Shown: positions 1-8,842, counted from the first letter of the stretch. The stretch: 32,000 nucleotides of DNA from Breznakia blatticola (GCF_004365815.1 NZ_SODD01000021.1:5685-37684); one strand, 5' to 3'. Numbers and translations: made by a program. The notes: generated from the sequence alone by a model not told the origin.

Positions 1-780
1 TGTATCATTTGCTAATGCATTTGGCATTACGTATGCTTCATAGCCCGTGTGATTTACAACTGCTTCACCAATATATTTGATTGTACGGTTTAATTTTTTA
101 AAGTAGTTGATATCGATACTGTTAATTGTACGTAGGCTATAGCAAGGGAAGTCTTCCATGTTGATTTTTGTATTGTAAGCAACTGCACTTGAAATAACAA
201 CTTTGTTTTGTACATCATATCCATCAATATCTGCGCTAGGATCTGCTTCCGCGTATCCTAACTCTTGTGCTTTTTTTAGTACTTCGTCGAAGTCTTTTCC
301 TTGGTTTGTCATTGCATCTAAAATATAGTTGCTTGTTCCATTAAAGATTCCGTATAGTTCACTAATATCATCGACACGTTTTGCTTTTTCTAATGAAGCA
401 ATCCAAGGGATTCCACCACCAGTACTTGCTTCAAATAAGAAACGTACTTTATTTTCCAGTGCAAGTGCAATGAATTCTTCCATATATTTAGCAACAACTG
501 CTTTGTTAGCTGTTACGACATGTTTTTTTGCTTTCATTGCTGCAGTGATAAATTCATATGCAGGATGTAATCCACCCATGGTTTCCACCACGCAGTCAAT
601 GGATTTGTCTTGTAAGATATCATCGTAGTTATCAGTGATGATGTCGAGTTTATCTTTATTCTGTGGTAAATCTAAAACTTTCACAACTTCAACATCTGCT
701 AAACTCTTTGCTTTATAGGTACTAATAATCTCGTAAACTCCAGTCCCTATAGTTCCAAATCCTAAGATTGCAATTTTCAT
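1..780 (-). CDS. hom: Homoserine dehydrogenase, N-terminal 260 codons; the 3' end runs off the window
   Basis: Minus-strand frame is open from ATG (revcomp of cat at 778-780) to position 1. Translation starts MKIAILGFGTIGTGVYE (Rossmann GxGxxG) and contains NGTSNYIL and GYAEADPSADIDGYD, typical of Hom. It is absent from the ORF track only because it is truncated. The plus-strand ORF 329-628 is its antisense shadow. Confidence 0.88.
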   Translation of the reverse strand, partial: MKIAILGFGTIGTGVYEIISTYKAKSLADVEVVKVLDLPQNKDKLDIITDNYDDILQDKSIDCVVETMGGLHPAYEFITAAMKAKKHVVTANKAVVAKYMEEFIALALENKVRFLFEASTGGGIPWIASLEKAKRVDDISELYGIFNGTSNYILDAMTNQGKDFDEVLKKAQELGYAEADPSADIDGYDVQNKVVISSAVAYNTKINMEDFPCYSLRTINSIDINYFKKLNRTIKYIGEAVVNHTGYEAYVMPNALANDT

Positions 781-813
781 AAGTCCCCCTCTGTGTCTTT
801 GTACAAAAAACAC

Positions 814-842
814 TTGTATTTAATTGAGAAACATTGTATCAT
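814..842 (+). promoter_or_regulatory. Candidate promoter for thrC operon: TTGTAT-17 nt-TATCAT
   Basis: TTGTAT at 814-819 and TATCAT at 837-842, with a 17-nt spacer. RBS AGGAGAG at 861-867 precedes the thrC ATG at 874. The -10 overlaps the -10 of the divergent hom promoter. Confidence 0.4.
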
Positions 843-861
843 AGGAAAATAAAGAAATCAA
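833..861 (-). promoter_or_regulatory. Candidate sigma-A promoter for hom: TTGATT-17 nt-TACAAT with TGn extended -10
   Basis: Minus strand reads cTTGATTtctttattttcctaTGaTACAATg. The -35 is the revcomp of 856-861 and the -10 the revcomp of 833-838, with a 17-nt spacer. It lies about 50 nt upstream of the hom ATG. Confidence 0.55.
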
Positions 862-873
862 GGAGAGAATTGT

Positions 874-2355
874 ATGAATCAATATTACGAAAGCACAAGG
901 GATGCTAGCATTACATTAAGCCCTGCACAAGCAATCTTACAAGGGTTAAGTAACGATGGGGGTCTATTTGTTGTAAGTGACCTAAATGAACGTCAAATCG
1001 ATATGCAGTCGATTGTTAATAAAGACTATTATGAAATCGCAGAGGAAGTATTTGCGTTGTTCCTGCCTGATTTCACGAAAGAAGAAATTCGTGCATGTGT
1101 GCAAGCTGCATATAAAGGTAAATTCTCAAATGAGGAAGTAACTCCATTAGTAAAACTAAGTGATGGATATGTCTTAGAATTATTCAATGGACCAACAAGT
1201 GCATTTAAAGATGTAGGTTTGCAAATGTTACCACAACTGACAAAAACGGCTTTAAAGAAAACAAATGCGGATTATGATGTATTAATTTTAACAGCAACAT
1301 CAGGTGATACTGGTAAAGCTGCGCTTGAGGGATTTAAAGATGTGGATCATGTAAAAATCATGGTGTTCTATCCAAATGACGGTGTTAGTAAAGTGCAAGA
1401 AATGCAAATGAAAACACAAGAAGGAAAAAATGTGAAGGTTTGTGCAATTGAAGGAAACTTTGATGATGCACAAAGTGGAATAAAGAAATTATTTGTTGAT
1501 GATGCATTTAAAGCAGAACTAGCAAAACAAAATATTAAATTAAGTAGTGCAAACTCAATCAATATCGGTCGTTTATTGCCACAAATGGTGTATTACTTTT
1601 ATGCATATGCAAGTTTAGTAAAAAGTGGTGAGATTCTTCTTGGTGAGAAAATTAACTTTGTTGTTCCAACTGGAAACTTTGGAAATATCTTAGCTGGATA
1701 TTATGCAAAACAAGTAGGATTACCAGTACATCAACTTGTTTGTGCTTCAAATGACAATAATGTACTTTATGATTTCATTCAAACTGGAGTTTATGATCGT
1801 AAACGTGATTTCTTAAAAACGATTTCTCCATCAATGGATATCTTGATTTCTTCAAACTTAGAACGTCTATTGTTTTACACAAGTGGATGTGATCATGCAT
1901 ATATTAAAGAAATTATGAATGAACTTGCAAGAGATGGAAAATACAAAGTACGTGAAGATGTGCTTGCAAATATCCAAAAGGAATTTAAAGCAGGGTTTGC
2001 TACTAATGAACAAACAGCAAAAACCATTCGTGATATTTATGAAAAGGATAATTACTTATTAGATCCACATACAGCAGTTGCATATAAAGTATTGTTGGAT
2101 GATGTAGATACACAACATAAAAATGTTGTATTATCGACAGCAAGTCCATACAAATTTACGAATTCAGTGTATGAAGCACTACATGGAACAACAAGTGATG
2201 ATGAGTTTGTCTTAATGGAAAAACTTCATGAAGAAACACGAGTTCCAATTCCAACAAACTTGGTCGATTTAGATAAAAAAGAAGTATTACATGAAGATGT
2301 AATTGATAAAACCGAAATGGAAGCATACGTATTAGATAAGGTAGGAACGATTTAA
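874..2355 (+). CDS. thrC: Threonine synthase
   Basis: 493 aa. N-terminus YYESTRD...GLSNDGGLFV and the PLP-lysine motif GPTSAFKD are characteristic. It sits upstream of thrB with a 2-nt gap. Confidence 0.93.
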   Translation: MNQYYESTRDASITLSPAQAILQGLSNDGGLFVVSDLNERQIDMQSIVNKDYYEIAEEVFALFLPDFTKEEIRACVQAAYKGKFSNEEVTPLVKLSDGYVLELFNGPTSAFKDVGLQMLPQLTKTALKKTNADYDVLILTATSGDTGKAALEGFKDVDHVKIMVFYPNDGVSKVQEMQMKTQEGKNVKVCAIEGNFDDAQSGIKKLFVDDAFKAELAKQNIKLSSANSINIGRLLPQMVYYFYAYASLVKSGEILLGEKINFVVPTGNFGNILAGYYAKQVGLPVHQLVCASNDNNVLYDFIQTGVYDRKRDFLKTISPSMDILISSNLERLLFYTSGCDHAYIKEIMNELARDGKYKVREDVLANIQKEFKAGFATNEQTAKTIRDIYEKDNYLLDPHTAVAYKVLLDDVDTQHKNVVLSTASPYKFTNSVYEALHGTTSDDEFVLMEKLHEETRVPIPTNLVDLDKKEVLHEDVIDKTEMEAYVLDKVGTI

Positions 2356-2357
2356 TC

Positions 2358-3233
2358 ATGGTGAAAGTGAAAGTACCTGCTACAAGTGCTAACGTTGGTG
2401 TCGGTTTTGACTGTTTAGGGATTGCACTGAACTTGTATACGTACTTTACTTTCAAGAGAAGTGATTCGTTTCAAATTACTGGATGTGAAGAACGTTTTGC
2501 AACAGAAGATAATCTTGTTTATACTTCATTTCAAAAAGCATTAGCGTATTTAGGTAAAGATGCATTTCAAGTACATATTCATATTGATAGTCATGTTCCA
2601 GTCTCTAGAGGATTAGGGAGTAGTGCAACATGTGTTGTTGGTGGTGTTGTTGGTGCATATGCATTAACCAATACACCAATTGATAAACAAGAAGTGCTAC
2701 GTTTATGTACAGAGATTGAACATCATCCAGATAATGTAGCTCCAGCGATATATGGTGGTTTAATTGCTAGTTATGTAGATGATAATCAACAAGTGTATCA
2801 TGCTAGCTATTCAGTACATAATCAATTTACATTTTTAGCCTGTATTCCAAACTTTGAGACAAAAACAAGTGATGCACGCAAAGTATTACCTACACAGGTA
2901 CCATTTACTACTGCTGTTAGCAATGCATCAAAGTTAAGTTTAGTCTTAAAAGGATTTGAGCTTGGTGATGTAGACTTGCTACAAGCAACAATGAAAGATG
3001 AGCTCCATGAACCATACCGTAAGCAACTGATTTTTGAATATGAACAAGTTAAGAAGATGTGTCAAGAAATCGAAAGTGCTTGTTTCTATATCTCTGGTAG
3101 TGGTTCTACTTTGATGAATGTGATGTGTGATGCAAGTAAAGTAGATGAAATTCAAAAACAACTGAATACATTGCAATATAAATGGCAATGTATTCCACTA
3201 GTTGTAGATGAACAAGGAGTACAAATATGTTAG
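2358..3233 (+). CDS. thrB: Homoserine kinase (GHMP family)
   Basis: 291 aa. It has VKVPATSANVGVGFDCLG at the N-terminus and the GHMP motif SRGLGSSA. Confidence 0.93.
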   Translation: MVKVKVPATSANVGVGFDCLGIALNLYTYFTFKRSDSFQITGCEERFATEDNLVYTSFQKALAYLGKDAFQVHIHIDSHVPVSRGLGSSATCVVGGVVGAYALTNTPIDKQEVLRLCTEIEHHPDNVAPAIYGGLIASYVDDNQQVYHASYSVHNQFTFLACIPNFETKTSDARKVLPTQVPFTTAVSNASKLSLVLKGFELGDVDLLQATMKDELHEPYRKQLIFEYEQVKKMCQEIESACFYISGSGSTLMNVMCDASKVDEIQKQLNTLQYKWQCIPLVVDEQGVQIC

Positions 3234-3667
3234 ATTCCTATTTAATTGTTTCAAAAGAAGTGTTACCTGAAGTAATCTTAAAGGTTATTGAGGTAAAAAA
3301 GATTTTAGAAACAAAGGAAGATGCGCAAGTTAGTGATGTCACTCGTGAAGTAGGCATTTCTCGTAGTGCATTCTATAAATATAAAGATCATGTCTTTGAA
3401 CCAAGTAACACCAATTTATTAGAACGTAAGGCATTAATTGCATTTACTTTAAGTGATGAAAAGGGCATTTTGTCTGAAGCATTACTTACATTTTCTGCAT
3501 TTGGTTGTAATATATTAACGATTAACCAAAACATTCCAATTGCCAAACGTGCTAATGTAGTGACAAGTATTGATGTTAAAGATATGAAGGGCGAAATCCA
3601 AGAATTGATTAATCGCTTACAAGAAATTAAAGGTCTTTCCAAAGTTCGATTGTTGTCTATCGAATAG
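3227..3667 (+). CDS. UPF0735-type ACT-domain protein (PheB-like), N-terminal HTH-like segment plus C-terminal ACT domain
   Basis: 146 aa. It carries the VGISRSAFYKYKDHVF signature of the UPF0735 family, followed by a beta-alpha-beta-beta-alpha-beta-like ACT region. Its ATG at 3227 overlaps the thrB stop (3231-3233) by 7 nt, which implies translational coupling. Confidence 0.75.
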   Translation: MLDSYLIVSKEVLPEVILKVIEVKKILETKEDAQVSDVTREVGISRSAFYKYKDHVFEPSNTNLLERKALIAFTLSDEKGILSEALLTFSAFGCNILTINQNIPIAKRANVVTSIDVKDMKGEIQELINRLQEIKGLSKVRLLSIE

Positions 3668-3691
3668 CCAGAAAGGCTTTTCTTTTGTTTT
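3666..3691 (+). terminator. Weak intrinsic terminator candidate after the thr operon
   Basis: AGCC agaaa GGCT (only a 4-bp stem) followed by TTTCTTTTGTTTT. Confidence 0.3.
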
Positions 3692-3770
3692 ATCAACCAA
3701 TAACTTACAAACCATATATATAATACAAACAGGAATATGCAAAAAGCATACGCTCTGATGATGTTTCTAA

Positions 3771-3799
3771 TTGTTAAGGCATATTCATTGTGATATAAT
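3771..3799 (+). promoter_or_regulatory. Candidate promoter for sepF: TTGTTA-17 nt-TATAAT with TGn
   Basis: TTGTTA at 3771-3776, TGaTATAAT with the hexamer at 3794-3799, and RBS AGGAGG at about 3812 before the ATG at 3827. Confidence 0.55.
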
Positions 3800-3826
3800 T
3801 ATCATTAGTATAGGAGGTATCTTTCT

Positions 3827-4234
3827 ATGGGTATTGGTAAAAAAATAAAGGAATTCATTTCACCGATGGATGAAGAGGAAGTAATTGAATACGAGGAAAA
3901 CGAAGTAGAATCAATTTCAGAATATGAATCACCAAAATCAAAAGCTGTATCAAAGTTAAGTAATGATACAAAAATGGTTTTATTCGAACCAAGAGCTTAT
4001 GATGAAGTTCATGAAGTTGCGAAACGTTTAAAAGAAAACCGTGCAGTTGTTGTTAATTTACACAAACTAACAAGAGACTATGCACAACGTACCATTGACT
4101 TCTTATCAGGGGTAATTTATGCACTTGATGGATCTATTGAAAAAATCGGAACAAATGTAATCCTTTGTACGCCAAGAACAATGGGAGTTCACGGGAAAAT
4201 TTCACCTGAGAGCGCTTCAGAAGTTAGTGAATAA
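3827..4234 (+). CDS. sepF: Cell division protein SepF (DUF552)
   Basis: 135 aa. Acidic N-terminal linker, then AVVVNLHKL...RTIDFLSGVIYALDGSIEKIGTNVILCTP, typical of SepF. Context is the conserved sepF-ylmH-divIVA-ileS order. Confidence 0.88.
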   Translation: MGIGKKIKEFISPMDEEEVIEYEENEVESISEYESPKSKAVSKLSNDTKMVLFEPRAYDEVHEVAKRLKENRAVVVNLHKLTRDYAQRTIDFLSGVIYALDGSIEKIGTNVILCTPRTMGVHGKISPESASEVSE

Positions 4235-4982
4235 GCAAAAACAAATACACTTTAAAGGGAATGAGGATTTTCTGGCTAGGATAGATGATTATTTGGATCA
4301 ACTATCCATTTACCACAAAGTTTTCACTCCTTTTTTAAGCCCTGCTGAACAAGAAATCCTTCAACGCTATGTTGGTAAAAAAGTATATACGACTTTTGAT
4401 GGAGGATATCCAGATGCAGAATATAAACGTTGTTTATTAAGTTATGAGGATAAACAAATACCATTACCTATTGTATGCTTACATGCAATATATGATACAA
4501 AATACTATAATCTAAGTCATCGTGATGCACTTGGTGCAATGATGAATCTAGGCATTGAACGCCAAACATTTGGTGATTTAATTGTTGAACATGGGGATAT
4601 CTATATCTTTGTTAGCAAGGATATAGCAGGATATATCAAACGTGAACTTGAAAAAATTGGGCGTTGTCCAATTCAACTGGAAGAAAGTGAAGCACCAATT
4701 CAAAAAGAAATCCATTTAGAATATAAAACACATATGGTTTCTTCTTTGCGTTTAGATGCATTGGTTGCAAGTATTACACATCTAGCTAGACAAAAAGCAC
4801 AAGCTTTAGTACATGATGGAAGAGTAAAAGTCGATCATCTAGTGGTTGAAGATTTGGCTCACATATGTGATAATAAATCCATACTCATTTCGATTCGAGG
4901 GTATGGTCGCTTTATGGTAAATGATACCGGGCGAAAGACAAAAAACAATCGTTTTGTTTTGGAAATCGGTAAGTATGAATGA
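4227..4982 (+). CDS. ylmH: YlmH-like RNA-binding protein with S4 domain
   Basis: 251 aa. GTG start overlaps the sepF stop. C-terminal S4-like segment LRLDALVASITHLARQKAQALVHDGRVKVDH. Its position between sepF and divIVA matches the Bacillus ylm cluster. Confidence 0.8.
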   Translation: MNKQKQIHFKGNEDFLARIDDYLDQLSIYHKVFTPFLSPAEQEILQRYVGKKVYTTFDGGYPDAEYKRCLLSYEDKQIPLPIVCLHAIYDTKYYNLSHRDALGAMMNLGIERQTFGDLIVEHGDIYIFVSKDIAGYIKRELEKIGRCPIQLEESEAPIQKEIHLEYKTHMVSSLRLDALVASITHLARQKAQALVHDGRVKVDHLVVEDLAHICDNKSILISIRGYGRFMVNDTGRKTKNNRFVLEIGKYE

Positions 4983-4998
4983 TGGAAGGGGGCTCACT

Positions 4999-5460
4999 AT
5001 GGAATTTGATCGCGTAAAAAATGGATATAATCGATATCAAGTCGATAGTGAACTAGCTGCTAAAAATCAAGAAATTGATGAACTTCAAAGAAAGTTACTT
5101 GCTTATAAAAAACAAAATGAGGAAAATGATCGAAAAATTGAAGAAATTGGTAGAAAATATACGAAGTTGTTACATGACTTAGATATAAAAGAAAGAGCCA
5201 TTCGTGAAATGACACGAAATGCATTAGATGAAGCAAATGGAATTTTAACTACAGCAAATCGTAATGCAGATATGATTGTCAAAGAAGCGTTGCAAAATGC
5301 AAAAACGATATTGCTAAATATCTCAAAATTAGGAATTGAAGCACACGAAATTAAGATTAATTTGAATGAACAGCTACAAATTTTATCAGAAACGATAGAT
5401 GGGTTTGACATTCCACCCATTCCTAATGTAGAATTGATTGAAAAGAAATACAAAGAATAA
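4999..5460 (+). CDS. divIVA: DivIVA-domain protein (short, coiled-coil)
   Basis: N-terminus has the FxxxxxGYxxxxVDxxL signature (EFDRVKNGYNRYQVDSEL), followed by heptad-rich coiled coil. I prefer ATG 4999 (RBS GGAAGGGGG, 6 nt upstream). In-frame ATG 4975 is possible. The track start at 4921 overlaps ylmH by 62 nt and is unlikely. Confidence 0.8.
   Translation: MEFDRVKNGYNRYQVDSELAAKNQEIDELQRKLLAYKKQNEENDRKIEEIGRKYTKLLHDLDIKERAIREMTRNALDEANGILTTANRNADMIVKEALQNAKTILLNISKLGIEAHEIKINLNEQLQILSETIDGFDIPPIPNVELIEKKYKE
5405..5434 (+). promoter_or_regulatory. Candidate ileS leader promoter inside the 3' end of divIVA: TTGACA-18 nt-TAGAAT
   Basis: TTGACA at 5405-5410 and TAGAAT at 5429-5434. The predicted start near 5441 gives a leader of about 255 nt, typical of T-box leaders. 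Confidence 0.5.
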
Positions 5461-5680
5461 GACATGCTATATATTTGGATTGCTTAGAGAGTTGTCGGTT
5501 GGTGAAAGACAAACATGAAATATATATAGATATCACTTAGGAGTAGCTTATCTGAAATGAGTAGGATAAGACGTATAAACTACGTTACAGTTAATGAAGC
5601 GCATGTATGAATATACATGAAGTAAGGTGGTACCGCGTAATCACGTCCTTATATGATTTGTAAGGACGTTTTTTTAATTT
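5441..5680 (+). promoter_or_regulatory. T-box riboswitch leader (tRNA-Ile responsive) with intrinsic terminator
   Basis: AG-bulge/distal-loop elements AGAGAG...GGTGAAAG at 5485-5508. Candidate specifier AUC followed by A at 5532-5535. Conserved T-box sequence AAGGTGGTACCGCG at 5624-5637. Terminator ACGTCCTTA-9 nt-TAAGGACGT plus TTTTTT at 5643-5675. It lies directly upstream of ileS. Confidence 0.88.
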
Positions 5681-5696
5681 AGAAGGAGAGCAAGAG

Positions 5697-8426
5697 ATGG
5701 AATACAAAGATACCTTATTAATGCCCAAAACCGATTTTGAAATGCGAGGAAACTTAGTTAAAAAAGAACCTGGTATTCAACAACGGTGGGAAGATGAAAA
5801 ACTTTATGAACAAATGCTAGCAAAACGTGATGGCAGCGAACTATTCGTATTACACGATGGTCCTCCATATGCAAATGGTGATATTCACTTAGGACACGCA
5901 TTAAACAAGACATTGAAAGATGTGATTGTACGTGCACGTTTTATGCAAGGATATAAGACACCATTTATTCCAGGATGGGATACACATGGTTTACCAATTG
6001 AAACAGCAATTCAAAAACAAGGGTATAACCGTAAAGAAATGAAAGTGGAAGACTTTAGAAAAATCTGTCACGATTATGCACTCGAACAAGTAAAAATCCA
6101 AGAGAAAGGGTTTAAATCTTTAGGTTGTATTGGGGATTATGATCACCCATATATCACTTTACAAAAAGAATTTGAAAAAGATCAAATCAAAATCTTTGGT
6201 AAAATGGCAACGGATGGTTTAATCTATCAAGGTAAGAAACCGGTATACTGGTCACCAAGTAGTGAAACTGCACTAGCTGAAGCAGAAATCGAATATAAAG
6301 ATATTAAAAGTCCAGCAATTTATGTAAAGTTTAACGTACTTGATGGAAAAGGTATCTTAGATGAAAAAGTAGATGCGTTTGTAATTTGGACAACGACACC
6401 TTGGACACTACCTGCGAACTTAGCGATTTGTTTGAATCCATTTTTAGAATATGCACTTGTCGAAAGTGAAAAAGGAAATCTTGTTGTTCTTGCTAGTAAT
6501 GTAGATACCCTTTGGGAAGAATTAGGACTAGAAGAGAAGAAAATCCTAAAAACATTCCGTGGTGAACATTTAGAAGGAATTACAGCACAACACCCATTCT
6601 ATGATCGTGAATCGTTAGTAATTTGCGGACAACACGTAACAGAAGATGCTGGTACGGGATGTGTACATACAGCTCCAGGACATGGGGAAGATGACTTTAT
6701 CGTAGGGATGAAGTATGGACTTCCACCATACTGTCCAGTAGATGAACAAGGACATATGATGGCCGAAGCAGGTTCTTGGTTAGAAGGACTATATGTTGAT
6801 GATGCAAATAAAGTGGTAACGCAAAAACTTGAAGAAGTTGGTGCATTATTAAAACTTGAATTCATTACGCACAGTTATCCACATGACTGGCGTACAAAGA
6901 AACCAATTATCTTTAGAGCAACAAAACAATGGTTTGCCTCAATTGATAAGATTCGTGATCAATTACTTGAAGAAGTTGCAAATGTATTCTGGACACCTAC
7001 TTGGGGAGAACAACGTTTACACAACATGATTCGTGATCGTGGTGACTGGTGTATTTCTCGTCAACGTGCATGGGGAGTACCAATTCCAATTATCTATGCA
7101 GAAGATGGAACACCAATCATGGAACATGATTTATTCGAACACTTTGCTGCTTTAATTGGTGAGTTTGGAACGAACGTATGGTTTGAAAGAGATGCCAAAG
7201 ATTTATTGCCTGAAGGATATACACACCCAGGTAGTCCAAATGGAGAATTCACAAAAGAAGTAGATACAATGGATGTTTGGTTTGATTCAGGTTCAAGTCA
7301 CACAGAAGCAATGATTGGACGTGGACTTCCTTATCCAGCGGATTTATATTTTGAAGGATCTGACCAATACCGTGGATGGTTTAATTCATCACTAATTATT
7401 GGTACAGCAGTATATGGTCATGCGCCTTACAAACAAATTCTTTCACACGGATTTGTTATGGATGAAAAAGGTGTGAAGATGTCTAAATCGCAATGGAATG
7501 CAGTTGCTCCAACAAAAATCACACAACAATATGGTGCAGATATCTTACGTCTATGGGCAACAACTGTTGATTACCAACAAGATGTAAGTATGGGAGATGC
7601 AATCTTAAAACAAGTATCTGAACAATACCGTAAAGTTCGTAATACGTTTAGATTTATCTTAGGAAACATTAATCCAGCTGACTTTGGTCAAGCAGATATG
7701 GTGCCTGAAGATAAATTGACACTTGTAGACAAACACATGTTAGTTCTATTAAGTGAACTGAACCATGAAGTAAAAGAGTTATATGTAAAATTTGATTTCT
7801 CAACAATTACATCAAAACTTACAACATTCATGACAAATATGCTAAGTGCATATTACTTAGATTTCACAAAAGATATTCTATATATCGAGAAAAAAGATGA
7901 TACACGTCGTCGCCAAGTACAAACGGTATTATATAAAGCGTGTGATACATTATTAAAATTATGGTCACCAATCTTAGTGCATACAGCTGAAGAAATCTCT
8001 GATCACTTTGCAGCATATGAAGGTACAGTACACTTGACTGCATTCAACAAAAGCGAACGTATCGCTGATGATGAAGTAATTAAAGAGAAAATGAACCGCT
8101 TATTTGCGATTCGTAAAGATGTGTTCAAAGCAATTGAACAAACAAGAAATGACAAAGTCATTGGAAAACCGCTAGAAGCACATGTGATTTTACATGCAAA
8201 GGATACAGATAAAGCATTACTTGAAGAAGTATTAGGTGATAAAATTCACCAATGGTTAACTGTATCAAAAGTTTCATTTACTGAAGATGAACTTGAAGCA
8301 TTCGAAGTAATTGAAGTTAAAGTAGAAAAATGCGAAGGTAGTGTATGTCCAAGATGTTGGAACATTACAGATTCACATGCTGAAGATGGTTTATGTGAAC
8401 GTTGCGCAAGCGTATTAGAAAAATAA
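5697..8426 (+). CDS. ileS: Isoleucine--tRNA ligase (type 1)
   Basis: 909 aa. HIGH motif (PYANGDIHLGHAL), KMSKS motif (GVKMSKSQ), and C-terminal Zn-finger cysteines CPRCWN...CERC. Confidence 0.97.
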   Translation: MEYKDTLLMPKTDFEMRGNLVKKEPGIQQRWEDEKLYEQMLAKRDGSELFVLHDGPPYANGDIHLGHALNKTLKDVIVRARFMQGYKTPFIPGWDTHGLPIETAIQKQGYNRKEMKVEDFRKICHDYALEQVKIQEKGFKSLGCIGDYDHPYITLQKEFEKDQIKIFGKMATDGLIYQGKKPVYWSPSSETALAEAEIEYKDIKSPAIYVKFNVLDGKGILDEKVDAFVIWTTTPWTLPANLAICLNPFLEYALVESEKGNLVVLASNVDTLWEELGLEEKKILKTFRGEHLEGITAQHPFYDRESLVICGQHVTEDAGTGCVHTAPGHGEDDFIVGMKYGLPPYCPVDEQGHMMAEAGSWLEGLYVDDANKVVTQKLEEVGALLKLEFITHSYPHDWRTKKPIIFRATKQWFASIDKIRDQLLEEVANVFWTPTWGEQRLHNMIRDRGDWCISRQRAWGVPIPIIYAEDGTPIMEHDLFEHFAALIGEFGTNVWFERDAKDLLPEGYTHPGSPNGEFTKEVDTMDVWFDSGSSHTEAMIGRGLPYPADLYFEGSDQYRGWFNSSLIIGTAVYGHAPYKQILSHGFVMDEKGVKMSKSQWNAVAPTKITQQYGADILRLWATTVDYQQDVSMGDAILKQVSEQYRKVRNTFRFILGNINPADFGQADMVPEDKLTLVDKHMLVLLSELNHEVKELYVKFDFSTITSKLTTFMTNMLSAYYLDFTKDILYIEKKDDTRRRQVQTVLYKACDTLLKLWSPILVHTAEEISDHFAAYEGTVHLTAFNKSERIADDEVIKEKMNRLFAIRKDVFKAIEQTRNDKVIGKPLEAHVILHAKDTDKALLEEVLGDKIHQWLTVSKVSFTEDELEAFEVIEVKVEKCEGSVCPRCWNITDSHAEDGLCERCASVLEK

Positions 8427-8427
8427 A

Positions 8428-8470
8428 AAATAAGCACTTGTCAGTTTAATTTGACGAGTGCTTATTTTCC
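8428..8470. terminator. Bidirectional intrinsic terminator between convergent ileS and the small membrane-protein gene
   Basis: AAAAATAAGCACTTGTCA-loop-TGACGAGTGCTTATTTT. There is one G-U/mismatch position, and A and T tracts on both sides. The right arm overlaps the last codons of the minus-strand ORF. Confidence 0.8.
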
Positions 8471-8694
8471 TTTTTATACTTACGTGCAAAGTAACCAGCA
8501 ATAGCAATGACACTAACCATGATTATCACCATACACAGTGAAATCAAATTGAAATTATTTGCAATATTTGCAATATGCAAGCTCGATTGATGTTCAATTT
8601 CGCTTGCGTACGTAACTAATTCTGTTTGCACAATACTGATAGTAGCTAAAATGACTGCAAATACTAATAATAAAAGTCTGACTTTTCCTTTCAT
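8446..8694 (-). CDS. Small hypothetical membrane protein (two hydrophobic segments)
   Basis: 82 aa. N-terminal signal/TM LLLLVFAVILATISIV, second TM MVIIMVSVIAIAGYF, then basic tail RKYKKENK. RBS GGGGG precedes the ATG. No recognisable family. Confidence 0.5.
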   Translation of the reverse strand: MKGKVRLLLLVFAVILATISIVQTELVTYASEIEHQSSLHIANIANNFNLISLCMVIIMVSVIAIAGYFARKYKKENKHSSN

Positions 8695-8842
8695 GTAGAA
8701 CCCCCTGATTTCTCACCCTTATCATAACAAATTCATCATAGTTGTCCATTCAAACGATTATGAAATATAAAATATGTAGAACAACACGAGTTTGTTGTTT
8801 GTTGTTTTGCATAGATTTGATACAATAACCTATGAGGTATTT

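Noticed and set aside
329-628. 99-aa plus-strand ORF from the track
   Set aside because: It lies entirely antisense to the well-supported hom reading frame (Rossmann motif and Hom signatures on the minus strand), and its sequence is low-complexity and hydrophobic. It is a shadow ORF.
8792-8842. N-terminal extension of the GNAT ORF. Similar extensions occur at 4921 (divIVA), 19167 (rsmB) and 30639 (DJ-1).
   Set aside because: The extensions start at non-ATG or RBS-less codons, and they overlap promoters, terminators or the upstream gene. Internal ATGs have proper Shine-Dalgarno spacing.
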